Positions 51,329 through 62,704 are shown, counted from the stretch's first letter. The stretch is 64,000 nucleotides of DNA from an uncultured cyanobacterium (GCA_963793265.1 CAWBZI010000001.1:416001-480000), one strand, 5' to 3'. Numbers and translations: made by a program. The notes: generated from the letters alone by a model not told the origin.

Positions 51329-52090
51329 ATGAGTAATAGCAAAAAAACATCAAATCAAGGGACTTCTGAAAATTCTCTGTTTAATCGTCTCATTGTTCCT
51401 GTCTTACTAACATTAGTAGCCGGAGGAACCGCACCTTGGTGGATTGGTTTAGTTCGAAGTGACAATGATAGAGCCAAGCTTATAGAACCATCAAAGACGC
51501 AAAACGCTCCCGAGGAAGAATTTGGTGATACTGAAGCTATCGAGAAAGTGCAGGATGATACCCGTACGAACATTCAGGGGTCGGAAAACGACGTAAAGAA
51601 TACTCCTACAAAGGGTGAGGGGTCAGGAAATGTCATAAATGATTCCTCAGTGAGGCTTCAGGGCGAAGGAGATCAGGCCGTTATTCAAGGATCAGGAAAC
51701 AACACTATTCAAGGCTCGGACAATCAACTAACTATTCAACAAGATTCTGAAGCAAGATCTAGAGGTGAATTAGAGATCCCCTCTATTTATGGACTGGGCT
51801 ATCACGAGGCACGGGAAAAACTAACTGATTCAGGATGGATTCCTCAGACTCAACGTCATACATATGGCGCAACTGAGCCAGGTCTTCGATATGGAAACGG
51901 ACAAGTTTTCTGGGATATGGGATACTGGGAAGTTGTTTCTTGTAGTGGAATAGCAGAAGGTTTTTGTAGATTTGAGTTTGAAGACCCTGCTGGTCGTCGA
52001 TTAGTGATTATCACGGCAGGTATGGAGGATAGAAGTAGATCTATAGAGGCCCAGATTAATAGAGTCTTCTTTGCAGAAGACTCCTTATGA
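51329..52090 (+). CDS. Hypothetical membrane-anchored protein
   Basis: N-terminal TM (LIVPVLLTLVAGG), IQGS.N repeats, C-terminal Y.EAR.KL...GW.P...CSG....C.F.F domain. Confidence 0.75.
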   Translation: MSNSKKTSNQGTSENSLFNRLIVPVLLTLVAGGTAPWWIGLVRSDNDRAKLIEPSKTQNAPEEEFGDTEAIEKVQDDTRTNIQGSENDVKNTPTKGEGSGNVINDSSVRLQGEGDQAVIQGSGNNTIQGSDNQLTIQQDSEARSRGELEIPSIYGLGYHEAREKLTDSGWIPQTQRHTYGATEPGLRYGNGQVFWDMGYWEVVSCSGIAEGFCRFEFEDPAGRRLVIITAGMEDRSRSIEAQINRVFFAEDSL

Positions 52091-52435
52091 TTTAGATTTC
52101 TCGAAGAGAGAAGTTTGATTTGTAATTCCAAATTTCGGAAAAAGGCAAGCTACTAGATTACAAAGCCTACAGATAAGCGTTTCATCCATTTAGCATTGCC
52201 AACCTTGCCACGCATCAGCACTGATAATTGAAAAGCAGAACTTGCTCACTCTAAGAAATTTGAGAACTTCACCGTTAAGCCATATTGTCACATCAGAAAG
52301 TTCTTCTTCAATCGGCTGAGTATGAGTAGTTCGCCGTTGATGCGCTTAGACTACTGAGTGGACACTGACTTCGCATACCCGTACCGAGAAGGAGCAACGT
52401 GGGTCGCCCACTACAATATTGTCAAACAGCCATCT

Positions 52436-52852
52436 CTATGAGGCGCTTAATAGCAACGCTTGGTAGCCCGCTTGTACAAAATGATTGTCAGCGGTAGCAG
52501 CTTCGATGATATTTTGCTCTCGCATTGCCACGAAGGAGATACAGTCTATTAACCCCCAAGTTTTATCAGCGCGATCACCATACAGCCGCAAAGCTCTATC
52601 CATAAGTTCTGTCTCGAACTTTACAACGTGAATGTTTGGCGTTTCATAGCATAGCCGAATAAATTCAACCGCTCCTTGCCGATTCACTGCACTTAATCCA
52701 TTGCCAACTTCAATCAATACGGCTTCTGTTACCCACGCTTCCGCTTTTTCGATTTCGGGCAACAAAGCTATTGCCCTTACGTGATACTGATCTCGGGAGT
52801 TGTAGATAGCTTGGATGAATACCGTATCAAGAAATATGCGGCGCTGGCTCAT
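52436..52852 (-). CDS. PIN-domain (VapC) toxin
   Basis: IFLDTVF, DQYH, VLIE, LIDCISFVAM, TADNHF.QAG acidic PIN residues. Confidence 0.9.
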   Translation of the reverse strand: MSQRRIFLDTVFIQAIYNSRDQYHVRAIALLPEIEKAEAWVTEAVLIEVGNGLSAVNRQGAVEFIRLCYETPNIHVVKFETELMDRALRLYGDRADKTWGLIDCISFVAMREQNIIEAATADNHFVQAGYQALLLSAS

Positions 52853-52855
52853 AGC

Positions 52856-53137
52856 TTATGCCTGCTGTTTGGGCGTGCCATAGAGATAATGGTCGTGCTC
52901 TTTTGCCCAGTCTTCCGGCATTTCTACTGAACCGGCCTGCTCACGCAAAACCGTCCATGCATTCTTTTTATCTGTCAGCGCCTGAGTGAGTTCTGCGTCA
53001 GATTTCTCTGTTTGTCCCGATGTGGCCTCCTCAACCACTAGAACTGCCTTATGTGTTCCCGGTGGCAAGTCTGAAGCTAGTTCTATAACGAGTGTGCCTT
53101 CTTGATTGACCTTTGCGGTAGTTTCGATAGTCTTCAT
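52856..53137 (-). CDS. Putative antitoxin of the PIN toxin
   Basis: 3 nt upstream of the PIN gene; C-terminal DWAKEHDHYLYG motif typical of PIN-linked antitoxins. Confidence 0.8.
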   Translation of the reverse strand: MKTIETTAKVNQEGTLVIELASDLPPGTHKAVLVVEEATSGQTEKSDAELTQALTDKKNAWTVLREQAGSVEMPEDWAKEHDHYLYGTPKQQA

Positions 53138-53169
53138 GGCTTGGTCTGAGATAGGTTGGGCTAGTGCTT

Positions 53170-53438
53170 CTATATCCGTTTCAGCAACTCATCATAATCA
53201 GCATGAGTTCAATCCAAAACCAGTAGATGTGATTATCCTCTAATAGACCGACTGCTCTGTAATTAAGGTTGATACGAACTGAATAGCATGGCTGGCGACT
53301 GCTTACCTTCTTAAATTAAAGACTAGGAGGGTACGGATTATCCCTCCATAGAGCATATGATCTATTAGCTTGCTCGCGTACTGCGTTTGGCAACTGGTCA
53401 AGCCGTTTTCGGAAGTCTTGGTTGGTACTTGACTTCAT
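53170..53438 (-). pseudogene. RelE/ParE-like toxin pseudogene
   Basis: MKSSTNQDFRKRLDQLP..VREQA...Y.LWRDNPYPPSL*FKKV...YSVRI..NYRAVG...IYWFWI/THADYDELLKRI. In-frame TAA at 53316-53318 and a 1-nt deletion at ~53209-53210. Confidence 0.85.
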
Positions 53439-53665
53439 TGAGTCGTTGGAAAGACTTCATCAAGCGGGGAGGTGTTGCCCGCCGCTATGTCTTGCCGTAC
53501 GCGAGCTGCGAGGCTGTCCCATTGAGCATCTGTAGTCGCCTCGAAACGGGTTTGCCAAGCCTGCTCGTCTTTTAGTTCGGCTATAAGTCGAGAGGCGATC
53601 ACATCCTGCTCCTCATCCGATAGCTTTTTGACCTCTGCGATGGCTTGTTGAAGAAGTTCAGTCAT
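53435..53665 (-). CDS. Putative antitoxin cognate to the RelE/ParE-like pseudogene
   Basis: MTELLQQAIAEVKKLSDEEQDVIASRL..EL.DE..W...F; ATGA overlap with the toxin start. Confidence 0.8.
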   Translation of the reverse strand: MTELLQQAIAEVKKLSDEEQDVIASRLIAELKDEQAWQTRFEATTDAQWDSLAARVRQDIAAGNTSPLDEVFPTTQ

Positions 53666-53745
53666 AGGTTTTAAGTAGCTGACAAACTCGTATGAGAAGT
53701 AGCTATCATTGTACTCTCTCTTCAAAGATTGCTGTTGTCCTCATC

Positions 53746-55369
<1,624 letters not shown>

Positions 55370-55492
55370 AGAAGCTTAACAGGGCTCACTAAAACTGCGT
55401 TTACTATAGCGCTGGGTTGCAGCACAAAAAACTTTTACAAGAACCTAAACGCTTGGGTTATAGTTCAGAAAAAATAAGGTGGGGAGGTCTTC

Positions 55493-55915
55493 ATGGCGAA
55501 CGTTAGCATCACAGAGGCCCAAATTGAAGCAGCGAGAAAAGCGGGTCAAGCGTCTTTAGAAAGTGACTTTCATGCTGAATCAGCCTGGTATGAGCCAGCG
55601 AAGGATCTAGTTTGGATTAAGACAACGGCAGGAACTTATCATGGTGTTCCGGCAGCTCATCTACAAGGGCTATCAGGGGCTACACCAGAACAGTTGAGTG
55701 ATATTGAAGTAAGCCCGCAAGGAGTGGGACTACATTGGCCTCAGTTGAATGCAGATTTGACGGTACAGGGTATCGTCTTTGGGGTTTATGGCTCTCAAGC
55801 TTGGATGGCGGCGTTAGGAAGAAAAGGGGGAAGCCGAAAAAGCGCGAAGAAGGCGGCAGCGGCTAAGGCAAATGGGAAGAAGGGCGGCAGGCCGCGTAAG
55901 GAAGCGGCGCTATAG
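55493..55915 (+). CDS. DUF2442-domain protein with basic C-terminal tail
   Basis: LQGL..AT..QL..IEVSP.G.GLHWP.L.ADL...G; C-terminal GRKGG..S..KA.AA..NGKKGGRPRK. Confidence 0.82.
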   Translation: MANVSITEAQIEAARKAGQASLESDFHAESAWYEPAKDLVWIKTTAGTYHGVPAAHLQGLSGATPEQLSDIEVSPQGVGLHWPQLNADLTVQGIVFGVYGSQAWMAALGRKGGSRKSAKKAAAAKANGKKGGRPRKEAAL

Positions 55916-56905
55916 ACCGCTACGGACAATATCGTGAAGGCGAACAATGCCAAGGCAGTTATGGCTAGTATCTACCACAGGAAGGACTGAGATTTGTGAG
56001 GGGCGATCTTCCATGGTTTGTAGGGCGTCGTAGGCGAGGCAGCTGGCGGTGACGGTGACCGGGTTTGCGGTCATGAGGTCTTGGCCGATGAGCGTGTTCC
56101 AGTCGGACTGGTTTGTTTTTTCAAACATGCGGCGCAGGTCGCCATCGGTGATGATGCCGATAAGTTTGCCATCAGGGCTAGTGACGGTGACTGCGCCTAA
56201 GCCGCCCTGGCTGATAGCGGAGATGATTTCAATTAGCGGGGCTTGAGGCTGTACGGTCGGGGCGCAGGGATGCATTAAGTCGGAGACTTTGAGGGTAAGG
56301 CGTTTGCCTAAGCGGCCTGAAGGATGGTTGAAGGCAAAGTCTTCGGGGGTGAGGCCCTTGCGCTGCATGAGGGTCATGGCGATCGCATCCCCAATCGCCA
56401 AAGCCACCGTAGTACTCGCTGTCGGCGCTAAGTTTAGCGGGCATACCTCTTTATCGACGGTGGCTTTGAGGACAACGTGCGATCGCGCAGCTAGCGGTGA
56501 GTCTTCATTGCCGACAATTGAAATCAACGGAATTTTACGGTGCTCTAGATAAGGGAGCAGGCCGACGATTTCTTCGGTGTAGCCGCTGTTGCTCAGTGCG
56601 ATCGCCACGTCTGCTGAACCCACGAGCCCTAGATCACCGTGTAGCGCATCGCTAGGATGCAGGTAAATTGCCATCGTGCCTGTGCTAGTAAGGGTCGCTG
56701 CAATTTTGCGACCGACAATGCCAGATTTGCCCATGCCCAAAATAATCACCTTACCAGCGCAGCCTGTTAAGAGCGCCACAGCCTTTGCTACCTGCTCAGG
56801 CCGTAGGGCCGCTGCGGCCTGATGGATAGCATCGGCTTCTGCATGTAGTAGCGCCACGACCTGTTGATAGTCTGTAGGCGGCTTGAGATCTAAAGATTGA
56901 GGCAT
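55910..56905 (-). CDS. kdsD: Arabinose-5-phosphate isomerase (KpsF/GutQ; SIS + CBS)
   Basis: GMGKSG.VG.KIAAT, HGDLG, CPLNLAPTAST, NHPSG.LG, GIITDGDLRR. Confidence 0.93.
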   Translation of the reverse strand: MPQSLDLKPPTDYQQVVALLHAEADAIHQAAAALRPEQVAKAVALLTGCAGKVIILGMGKSGIVGRKIAATLTSTGTMAIYLHPSDALHGDLGLVGSADVAIALSNSGYTEEIVGLLPYLEHRKIPLISIVGNEDSPLAARSHVVLKATVDKEVCPLNLAPTASTTVALAIGDAIAMTLMQRKGLTPEDFAFNHPSGRLGKRLTLKVSDLMHPCAPTVQPQAPLIEIISAISQGGLGAVTVTSPDGKLIGIITDGDLRRMFEKTNQSDWNTLIGQDLMTANPVTVTASCLAYDALQTMEDRPSQISVLPVVDTSHNCLGIVRLHDIVRSGL

Positions 56906-56924
56906 GGGAGAAACTAAACCGACT

Positions 56925-57704
56925 CTAGTGCTTCACGATAAACGTTTTGGTGTGATTGCGACCTTCTCGGCCATAGCGGAGATGAAAAAGCTGCTCGGGC
57001 CTGCCTTTCATAAATTTGTCAATCGCTTCTTTGGCCATGGGGTAGTGGTAGGAGTTGTAGTCATCAAAAAAGATGATGCCGCCTTTTTCCATGCGCGGGT
57101 AAAAGAACTCCAGGCACTCGATATGGCCGTCATAAAGGTCGCAGTCGAGGTTGACAAAGAAGTACGGCCCTTCTGGCATGGTCGAAAGGGTGTCTTCAAA
57201 AAAGCCGGGAACCAGGGTGACGTATTTACTTAGGCCGCGTTCTTTGAGCGCTGAGCGCACCTGCTCTATTGAGGTGTCGTCAAAAATAGTGCCGTGATCG
57301 CGAAATTTCTCGATCACCAGCTCAGAGGCGTACTGCTCATCAATATCGGTGAGATCGGGCAGACCTTCAAAGGAGTCGAGGCCGTAGATGTGGGCGTTGA
57401 GGCCGTATTGACGAATGATTTCGGCGCTGGCAACGAGGCAGGAGCCCACGTATACGCCACATTCGGCGGCGATGTGCGATCGCCCATTCACCAGCAAATC
57501 ACCCAGCCGCCGCAGGCTTTTTTTCAGCGGATCACCGCGACCAGACTTACGAGCGTAGTGCTCTAAAAGCGCCGTGCGAAAGGTGTGCAAAACAGGAATA
57601 CGTTCGGCGTATTCTACTTTGTAGGGCAGATCGTAGGGGAGCGGCGTCCGCGAATTGACTTTGAGCTTTTTGGGCTTCGGCTCTGATTTTCTAGCCTCTG
57701 ACAT
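56925..57704 (-). CDS. TylF/MycF-family O-methyltransferase
   Basis: AECGVY.G, DSFEGLP, GFFEDTL, LDCDLY, GGIIFFDDY. Start placed at MSEARK. Confidence 0.88.
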   Translation of the reverse strand: MSEARKSEPKPKKLKVNSRTPLPYDLPYKVEYAERIPVLHTFRTALLEHYARKSGRGDPLKKSLRRLGDLLVNGRSHIAAECGVYVGSCLVASAEIIRQYGLNAHIYGLDSFEGLPDLTDIDEQYASELVIEKFRDHGTIFDDTSIEQVRSALKERGLSKYVTLVPGFFEDTLSTMPEGPYFFVNLDCDLYDGHIECLEFFYPRMEKGGIIFFDDYNSYHYPMAKEAIDKFMKGRPEQLFHLRYGREGRNHTKTFIVKH

Positions 57705-57736
57705 ATCAGCTTTATTCGATAGTTTTAGTGGGCTCA

Positions 57737-59071
57737 CTATTCCCGCGCTGCCTCCTGCAAGTACACTTCTGGTTCGGTCGAGCTGCTTTGTAGCTGCCAT
57801 TCTCGGGGCTGATAGAACTGACACTGGTTCATGTTTTTGTTCTTCTTCACCTCAAAGCGGAACGATTCCACCATGTCGAATACATAGAAGGGCCTGCGAC
57901 TTACGGTTATTTTCATCACGTATAGGTTGGGGCTGAGGCCGCAGTGGGGTAGATGCAGACGGATTTGGTGCGCTCCAGCGCTTAGCGGTAAAGGCTTTTT
58001 GTCACGTTCGCTGCTGAGATTCAGCACGCAGTCGTTGCCAGAATTAAGTTCGCGAATCATTACACTGACGATGGCGTTCTCAATAGGTTCGCTGACGGCG
58101 CAGTGAATACAAATGCTGGCGGCTTTGCCGCTTGCTAAGGCTTCTATAGGTTCGTCTTTTGCATCTGCAAAGGTGACTTTTTCAATGGCAAGCTGAGGTT
58201 CGGCTTGCCCTTCGGCTTTACTACCTGCTTTGCTATTCGCAGCAGTGATGCCTTTATTGGCGTCGGCTTTGTAGGCGAGCAGGGCGTCTTCATAGCGGCT
58301 GATGACATGCTCAGCGTCGGCTTGCAATACGACTTTGCCACGTTCTAAAAAGACGGCAGTGTTGCAGAGATTGAGAACGGCGTTGGCATTGTGTGACACC
58401 AGAAAAAACGAGGTGCCCTGCTCACGCATGAGGGCCAGGCGGCGGTAGCACTTAGCGCGAAACATGGCGTCGCCAACGGCAAGGACTTCATCAAGCAAAA
58501 GAATATCAGGCTCGGTAAAGATAGCGCAGGCAAAACCAAGGCGCGCGCGCATTCCAGAGCTGTAGGTGCGTACAGGTGCTTCGATGGCCTCCCACACTTC
58601 GGCAAAGTCAACGACATCTTTGAAGCGATCGCGAATATCCCCCCGCGACATGCCCAAAATAGCCATGTTGATAAACACATTCTCACGTCCGCTTAACAAG
58701 GGGTTAAATCCGGCTCCGAGCGCGATCAGCGCTGCAATTCGCCCCCGGACAACAATGCGTCCGGTGTCGGGCTTCATCAGACCGCTAATCATGCGTAGCA
58801 GCGTAGACTTGCCGCTGCCATTAACGCCGACTAGGCCGATAGACTGGCCGCGTTTCACTTCCAGGCTGACATCTTTGACGGCCCAAAATTCCTGATCGCG
58901 GAGGCGATCACTCTGCCGTTCTTTTCCAACCACCTCTGCGAAAATATCTCTTAGCCCATATACATACGAGCGCTTGAGGTTGCGGCAGAACTTTTTAGAC
59001 ACCGATTGGACTGACAAAATAGAGTCAGCCGGTGCAATTAGGCTAGATTCAGGGGTGACAATAGCGCTCAT
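57737..59071 (-). CDS. wzt: Polysaccharide ABC exporter ATPase with C-terminal carbohydrate-binding extension (Wzt)
   Basis: GVNGSGKSTLL, YSSGMRARLGF, DEVLAVGD, plus ~150-aa Wzt_C-like tail. Confidence 0.9.
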   Translation of the reverse strand: MSAIVTPESSLIAPADSILSVQSVSKKFCRNLKRSYVYGLRDIFAEVVGKERQSDRLRDQEFWAVKDVSLEVKRGQSIGLVGVNGSGKSTLLRMISGLMKPDTGRIVVRGRIAALIALGAGFNPLLSGRENVFINMAILGMSRGDIRDRFKDVVDFAEVWEAIEAPVRTYSSGMRARLGFACAIFTEPDILLLDEVLAVGDAMFRAKCYRRLALMREQGTSFFLVSHNANAVLNLCNTAVFLERGKVVLQADAEHVISRYEDALLAYKADANKGITAANSKAGSKAEGQAEPQLAIEKVTFADAKDEPIEALASGKAASICIHCAVSEPIENAIVSVMIRELNSGNDCVLNLSSERDKKPLPLSAGAHQIRLHLPHCGLSPNLYVMKITVSRRPFYVFDMVESFRFEVKKNKNMNQCQFYQPREWQLQSSSTEPEVYLQEAARE

Positions 59072-59074
59072 GGC

Positions 59075-59929
59075 TTAGCTGATTCTCTCCACCAAAAAAG
59101 GGATAGACAGGCGGAAGACGAGCCAGCCGAAGAACAGAGAGGCGATCGCAAGCAGGCTCACCGCTAAAAAAGAAATCGGCTCAGACACGTTACCTGTGGT
59201 CATCAGCTCACGAGCCGTCACCAGCAGCGGTGTTACAGGGTTGAGCCTGACTAACACTGCGAAGACAGCATTATCAGGCACGGGGTAAATCACGGGCGTG
59301 AGAAAAAACCACACCAGCACAATCACTTCCATTGCCCGCGAAATATCTTGGACAAGGTGGTTGATGGGCACCAGAAATAGGCCAATGCCTGTGCCTAACA
59401 AAATTAGGCTGATAAAGGCAAAGGGTGCGAGCAGTATTTTCCAGCTCACCGTGACGCTGAAGACAATAAACAAAATCACCAGCAGCGCAAGCTTAAGCAC
59501 GAGGTTGAAAAGCACCTGGCCGAGCTGAGATAGGATGATCGCCTCATGTGGAAACTTAACCCGTGAGAGCACGGTTCGCGAGGCTTTAATGGCTTTTTCA
59601 GGGCCGTTGAAAGCTTCTAAAAAGGTCTGCCAAAGAATCGTGCCCAGCATGACAAAGGCGGGATAGGGAATGTCCGTTTTGCCGACGTTGATGACTCCGG
59701 CGTTGCTGGCAAACGCCAGGCCCGCAGCGGTGATAGCTGCCGGTACGATGGCCCATAGGGTGCCTAAAAATGAGCTGCGGTATTGAGACTGAATATCGCG
59801 GACAAACAGCCGCCAGGCTAACGATCTCGAAAGCAGCAGGTCTTGAGACATTTCACGGAGCAAAAGTCTGGGCGAACGAATGCGGCTAGCCGGGGTATAG
59901 ACGGTTTCGTGAGCAGACGGTGGGGCCAT
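59075..59929 (-). CDS. wzm: Polysaccharide ABC exporter permease (Wzm)
   Basis: RDIQSQYRSSFLG.LW, FFLTPVIYP, LNPVT. Confidence 0.9.
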   Translation of the reverse strand: MAPPSAHETVYTPASRIRSPRLLLREMSQDLLLSRSLAWRLFVRDIQSQYRSSFLGTLWAIVPAAITAAGLAFASNAGVINVGKTDIPYPAFVMLGTILWQTFLEAFNGPEKAIKASRTVLSRVKFPHEAIILSQLGQVLFNLVLKLALLVILFIVFSVTVSWKILLAPFAFISLILLGTGIGLFLVPINHLVQDISRAMEVIVLVWFFLTPVIYPVPDNAVFAVLVRLNPVTPLLVTARELMTTGNVSEPISFLAVSLLAIASLFFGWLVFRLSIPFLVERIS

Positions 59930-60044
59930 GTAGCACAGGCTTAAGGAAAGCTCAATAATTTTACTGGACAGTGGATGTTTGGGCTAATTCAGCCGTGCCG
60001 CAAAGCCCGGTTCGGCAATCTGACACAAGGCGAGTTGCGGGTTC

Positions 60045-61283
60045 TTATTTTTTGAGGTCGGCGGTGATTGTGTCGATGATTTTTTGGACGGCGTTGCCGG
60101 GGACTAGCTGAGTTTGTGAAAACTTTTGGGTGAGGGCGATGAGGCGATCGCGCCCACTCGCTGCGTGGCCAGATACCTGGCTACCCGACTGATCGTCTAT
60201 AGCGTCAGCTACTTGATGGCATACCTGATGGCATACCTGATGGCATACCTGATGGCAGAGCGATCGCCAGTCCTTGCCGCTCCGCAACAGCGGCAACGGC
60301 TCAAAGTTCGGCAAGTCCATTTCATAGGCAACAACGGCCACCGGACATTCTGCTCGCACCGCATCAATCGCCACGGTAGAAGGCGTCGTGATCACCACAT
60401 CCGCCACCTCAATTAGGGCCGGGGCGGTAAAAGCTTCCCATTTGGGATCTTTAGGGTCGGCCACGATCAGGTTATCAGCAGCAGGCACGTTGCCCTGATA
60501 GCGCTGCGTCAGCCAAAGCCCCGTATGGTGAGGCTTTACTAAGAATGTAATATCAGGACACTGCAAAGCCGTTTGCTCTAGATCTTGCAAAAAGCGCTGC
60601 CGGTATTCGTCGTTATATCGCCCCCAGTGCAGGTTTTCAAAGATGACAGCCAAACAACGTTCTCCTGCTTTTATGCCCGGAACTTTTACCGCCAGTCCCG
60701 GCGCATCAATAAACTTAGGACAGCCCACCGCCACACACTTTTGCCGCGTTTCATCCGGCGTCTCATCCGGCAGCTTTTCTACCTTGCCCCAGGTAAAAAA
60801 GGTCTGCGAGGCAAACATAATTTTGCCCACCGGATATTCTTCATCAAAGTAGGTCACCCCTACGTTTTCGTAGCCATGCTGCATGGTGTAGGTGGCAATG
60901 CCCTTCTGATTGGCCCGTTTAACTAGGGTATGCGGCCCCTTGTGCGCGTTAGCGGTGCTTTCTGAAGCGGTGACGACTGCTTTGATGCCATCCAGCCTTG
61001 GCTGTAGCCCTGCAACAACTGCTTTATGGCTGAGCACAACGGGCTCAATACCGTTTGCTGCTAGCAACCTGTCGATGCGCGGCGACTGCTTCCACACTTT
61101 GTCAGAAACAGCAACAACTAACGGGATGTCTTCGCGCTGCTGAAGCTGGGTCGCGAGCGGTAGCAGCATGTCTAAGTCTTGCTGCAGGTTAATAAAGAGT
61201 AAAATCTTTGGCTGAGGGCCCCACTGATAGCGCCACGAGCGGCCTAGTCTTTGCACACCGCGCGCAAGTCGTTTTTGAATCAT
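60045..61283 (-). CDS. Putative GT-B glycosyltransferase-like polysaccharide biosynthesis protein
   Basis: TMQHG, VG.PKF, FLVKPHH, ADVVITTPSTVAIDA....PV pattern; position in the polysaccharide locus. Confidence 0.65.
   Translation of the reverse strand: MIQKRLARGVQRLGRSWRYQWGPQPKILLFINLQQDLDMLLPLATQLQQREDIPLVVAVSDKVWKQSPRIDRLLAANGIEPVVLSHKAVVAGLQPRLDGIKAVVTASESTANAHKGPHTLVKRANQKGIATYTMQHGYENVGVTYFDEEYPVGKIMFASQTFFTWGKVEKLPDETPDETRQKCVAVGCPKFIDAPGLAVKVPGIKAGERCLAVIFENLHWGRYNDEYRQRFLQDLEQTALQCPDITFLVKPHHTGLWLTQRYQGNVPAADNLIVADPKDPKWEAFTAPALIEVADVVITTPSTVAIDAVRAECPVAVVAYEMDLPNFEPLPLLRSGKDWRSLCHQVCHQVCHQVCHQVADAIDDQSGSQVSGHAASGRDRLIALTQKFSQTQLVPGNAVQKIIDTITADLKK
60214..60257. repeat. 12-bp tandem repeat (tgatggcatacc) x ~3.7, coding CHQV x4
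   Basis: Visible exact repeats in the sequence. Confidence 0.95.
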
Positions 61284-62704
61284 GCCATTTCCTTAATGTT
61301 GTCTAGCAGGCTTAACCATTGTTCAGAGATAACCTCACCGCTCAAGTTTTGCGCAATAACCTGCTGAGCCTGAGCGACATGCGCTTTAGCTAAGTCAGGA
61401 TTTTGTAGATAAGCCCGTAGCCCGCCCGCCCAATCATCTAGCCATATGCACTCTGAAAATATCTCTAGCGCTGGCGTGTGGCTGGCGATTACGGGCGTAC
61501 CTTGAGAGAGCGCTAGTACGGCCCGATTAGCTGACTTGCAAATGCTATAGACCGATTGGGAATTAGGAACGATCACCACGTCGCTAGCTCGCAAGTAGTC
61601 GTAAATTTTGCGGGGGTGCCAGGGTAGATAGTCGGTGGCAAAAGGCAGGGGCGCAATGTGATGTTCGTACTTTTGACGGCTGTTGCTAACCACCATCAAG
61701 CGTAAAGGCTGCTCTTGGCTGAGGGTTTCTAGTGCTGTCGCGACATCTAGAATATTCAACATGCCAAAGTTGCCGTACTTTGCACCGTGATTGCCAAACC
61801 ACAGCACCGTCTTGACGTTCAAAGCCGAGGGCCAGGGGTGAGGATAGAAAGGCGTGGGCTGGGCGATCGATTTTGGTTTAGGGATGCAGGCTCGCTGAGG
61901 TTGGGAAACGGACTGGGGTGCGGCGAGATGAGGAGTGCTTAAAGGTTGCGCGATCGCGACCTGTTGAGATATCTGCTGAGGCGGCTTTTGCCGTATCAAA
62001 CCGTAGCTTCTTAGCTGAGTGCCCACGGTTCTTTTTAGCTCGCATACCCAGCACTTTATCTGCCGCTTGCGCTGCTTATAGGCTCGTTTAGATGACTTCA
62101 AGATGTGTTGCTTCGTGAGCTTAAGCGCGATAGAACGCTGCTTTTGAGCCAATCTCAGCGCTCGGGCTACGACCCTTTTAACAATCCGCCGCTGAACTAA
62201 GCTAACGACTCGCTTCCACCGTAGCGCCCGAAAAGCGTATTTGATATCGCTAAGGGACTCGTTGCCATCGGGGATAACGACCACGGTAACGTCAGGATTA
62301 GGGGCGATAGCTGGATGAGTCTCGGCTAGCGATCGCTCCACTTGGGCCTTCATCGCTGCGCCTGTTGTGACAATAGCTGCTGCCCTTCGCGCCATCAGCC
62401 GAAAGTTTTTAGCCGGGTCGTAGTGGCTATCTACGCCGTATCCTTCGATAAAGATGTTGTCGCACAGATCCAGAATAATCGGCACGCCTAGCTGATAAGC
62501 TTGCTCGCAGGTTTGCACGTCCTCAGCGCGGAAGCTTTTGACAAAGATAATGGCCTGAGTGTTCTCGGTGAGCTGAACGGGGTCGGCCCCGCCGCAAATA
62601 ACTGAGGAGATGCCTTTGCCGCTGAGATAGCGCAGTGGGAACAGGCAGCGATAGCGCAGGCTAGCAACGTTTACATCCAGCGTTTGTGTTTTCCAAACCA
62701 GCAT
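61280..62704 (-). CDS. Putative glycosyltransferase
   Basis: ASLRYR, LDLCDN, LWFG.HG, KSANR...A...G.PVIAS pattern. Confidence 0.75.
   Translation of the reverse strand: MLVWKTQTLDVNVASLRYRCLFPLRYLSGKGISSVICGGADPVQLTENTQAIIFVKSFRAEDVQTCEQAYQLGVPIILDLCDNIFIEGYGVDSHYDPAKNFRLMARRAAAIVTTGAAMKAQVERSLAETHPAIAPNPDVTVVVIPDGNESLSDIKYAFRALRWKRVVSLVQRRIVKRVVARALRLAQKQRSIALKLTKQHILKSSKRAYKQRKRQIKCWVCELKRTVGTQLRSYGLIRQKPPQQISQQVAIAQPLSTPHLAAPQSVSQPQRACIPKPKSIAQPTPFYPHPWPSALNVKTVLWFGNHGAKYGNFGMLNILDVATALETLSQEQPLRLMVVSNSRQKYEHHIAPLPFATDYLPWHPRKIYDYLRASDVVIVPNSQSVYSICKSANRAVLALSQGTPVIASHTPALEIFSECIWLDDWAGGLRAYLQNPDLAKAHVAQAQQVIAQNLSGEVISEQWLSLLDNIKEMA

Noticed and set aside
52370..52420. REP-like fragment (gtgggtcgcccactac)
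   Set aside because: Single short palindrome; no second copy or RAYT gene seen, so too weak to call.
60214..60257. Short direct repeats as a CRISPR array (also 10710-10757)
   Set aside because: 12-bp contiguous units with no spacers, in frame within CDSs, and no cas genes.
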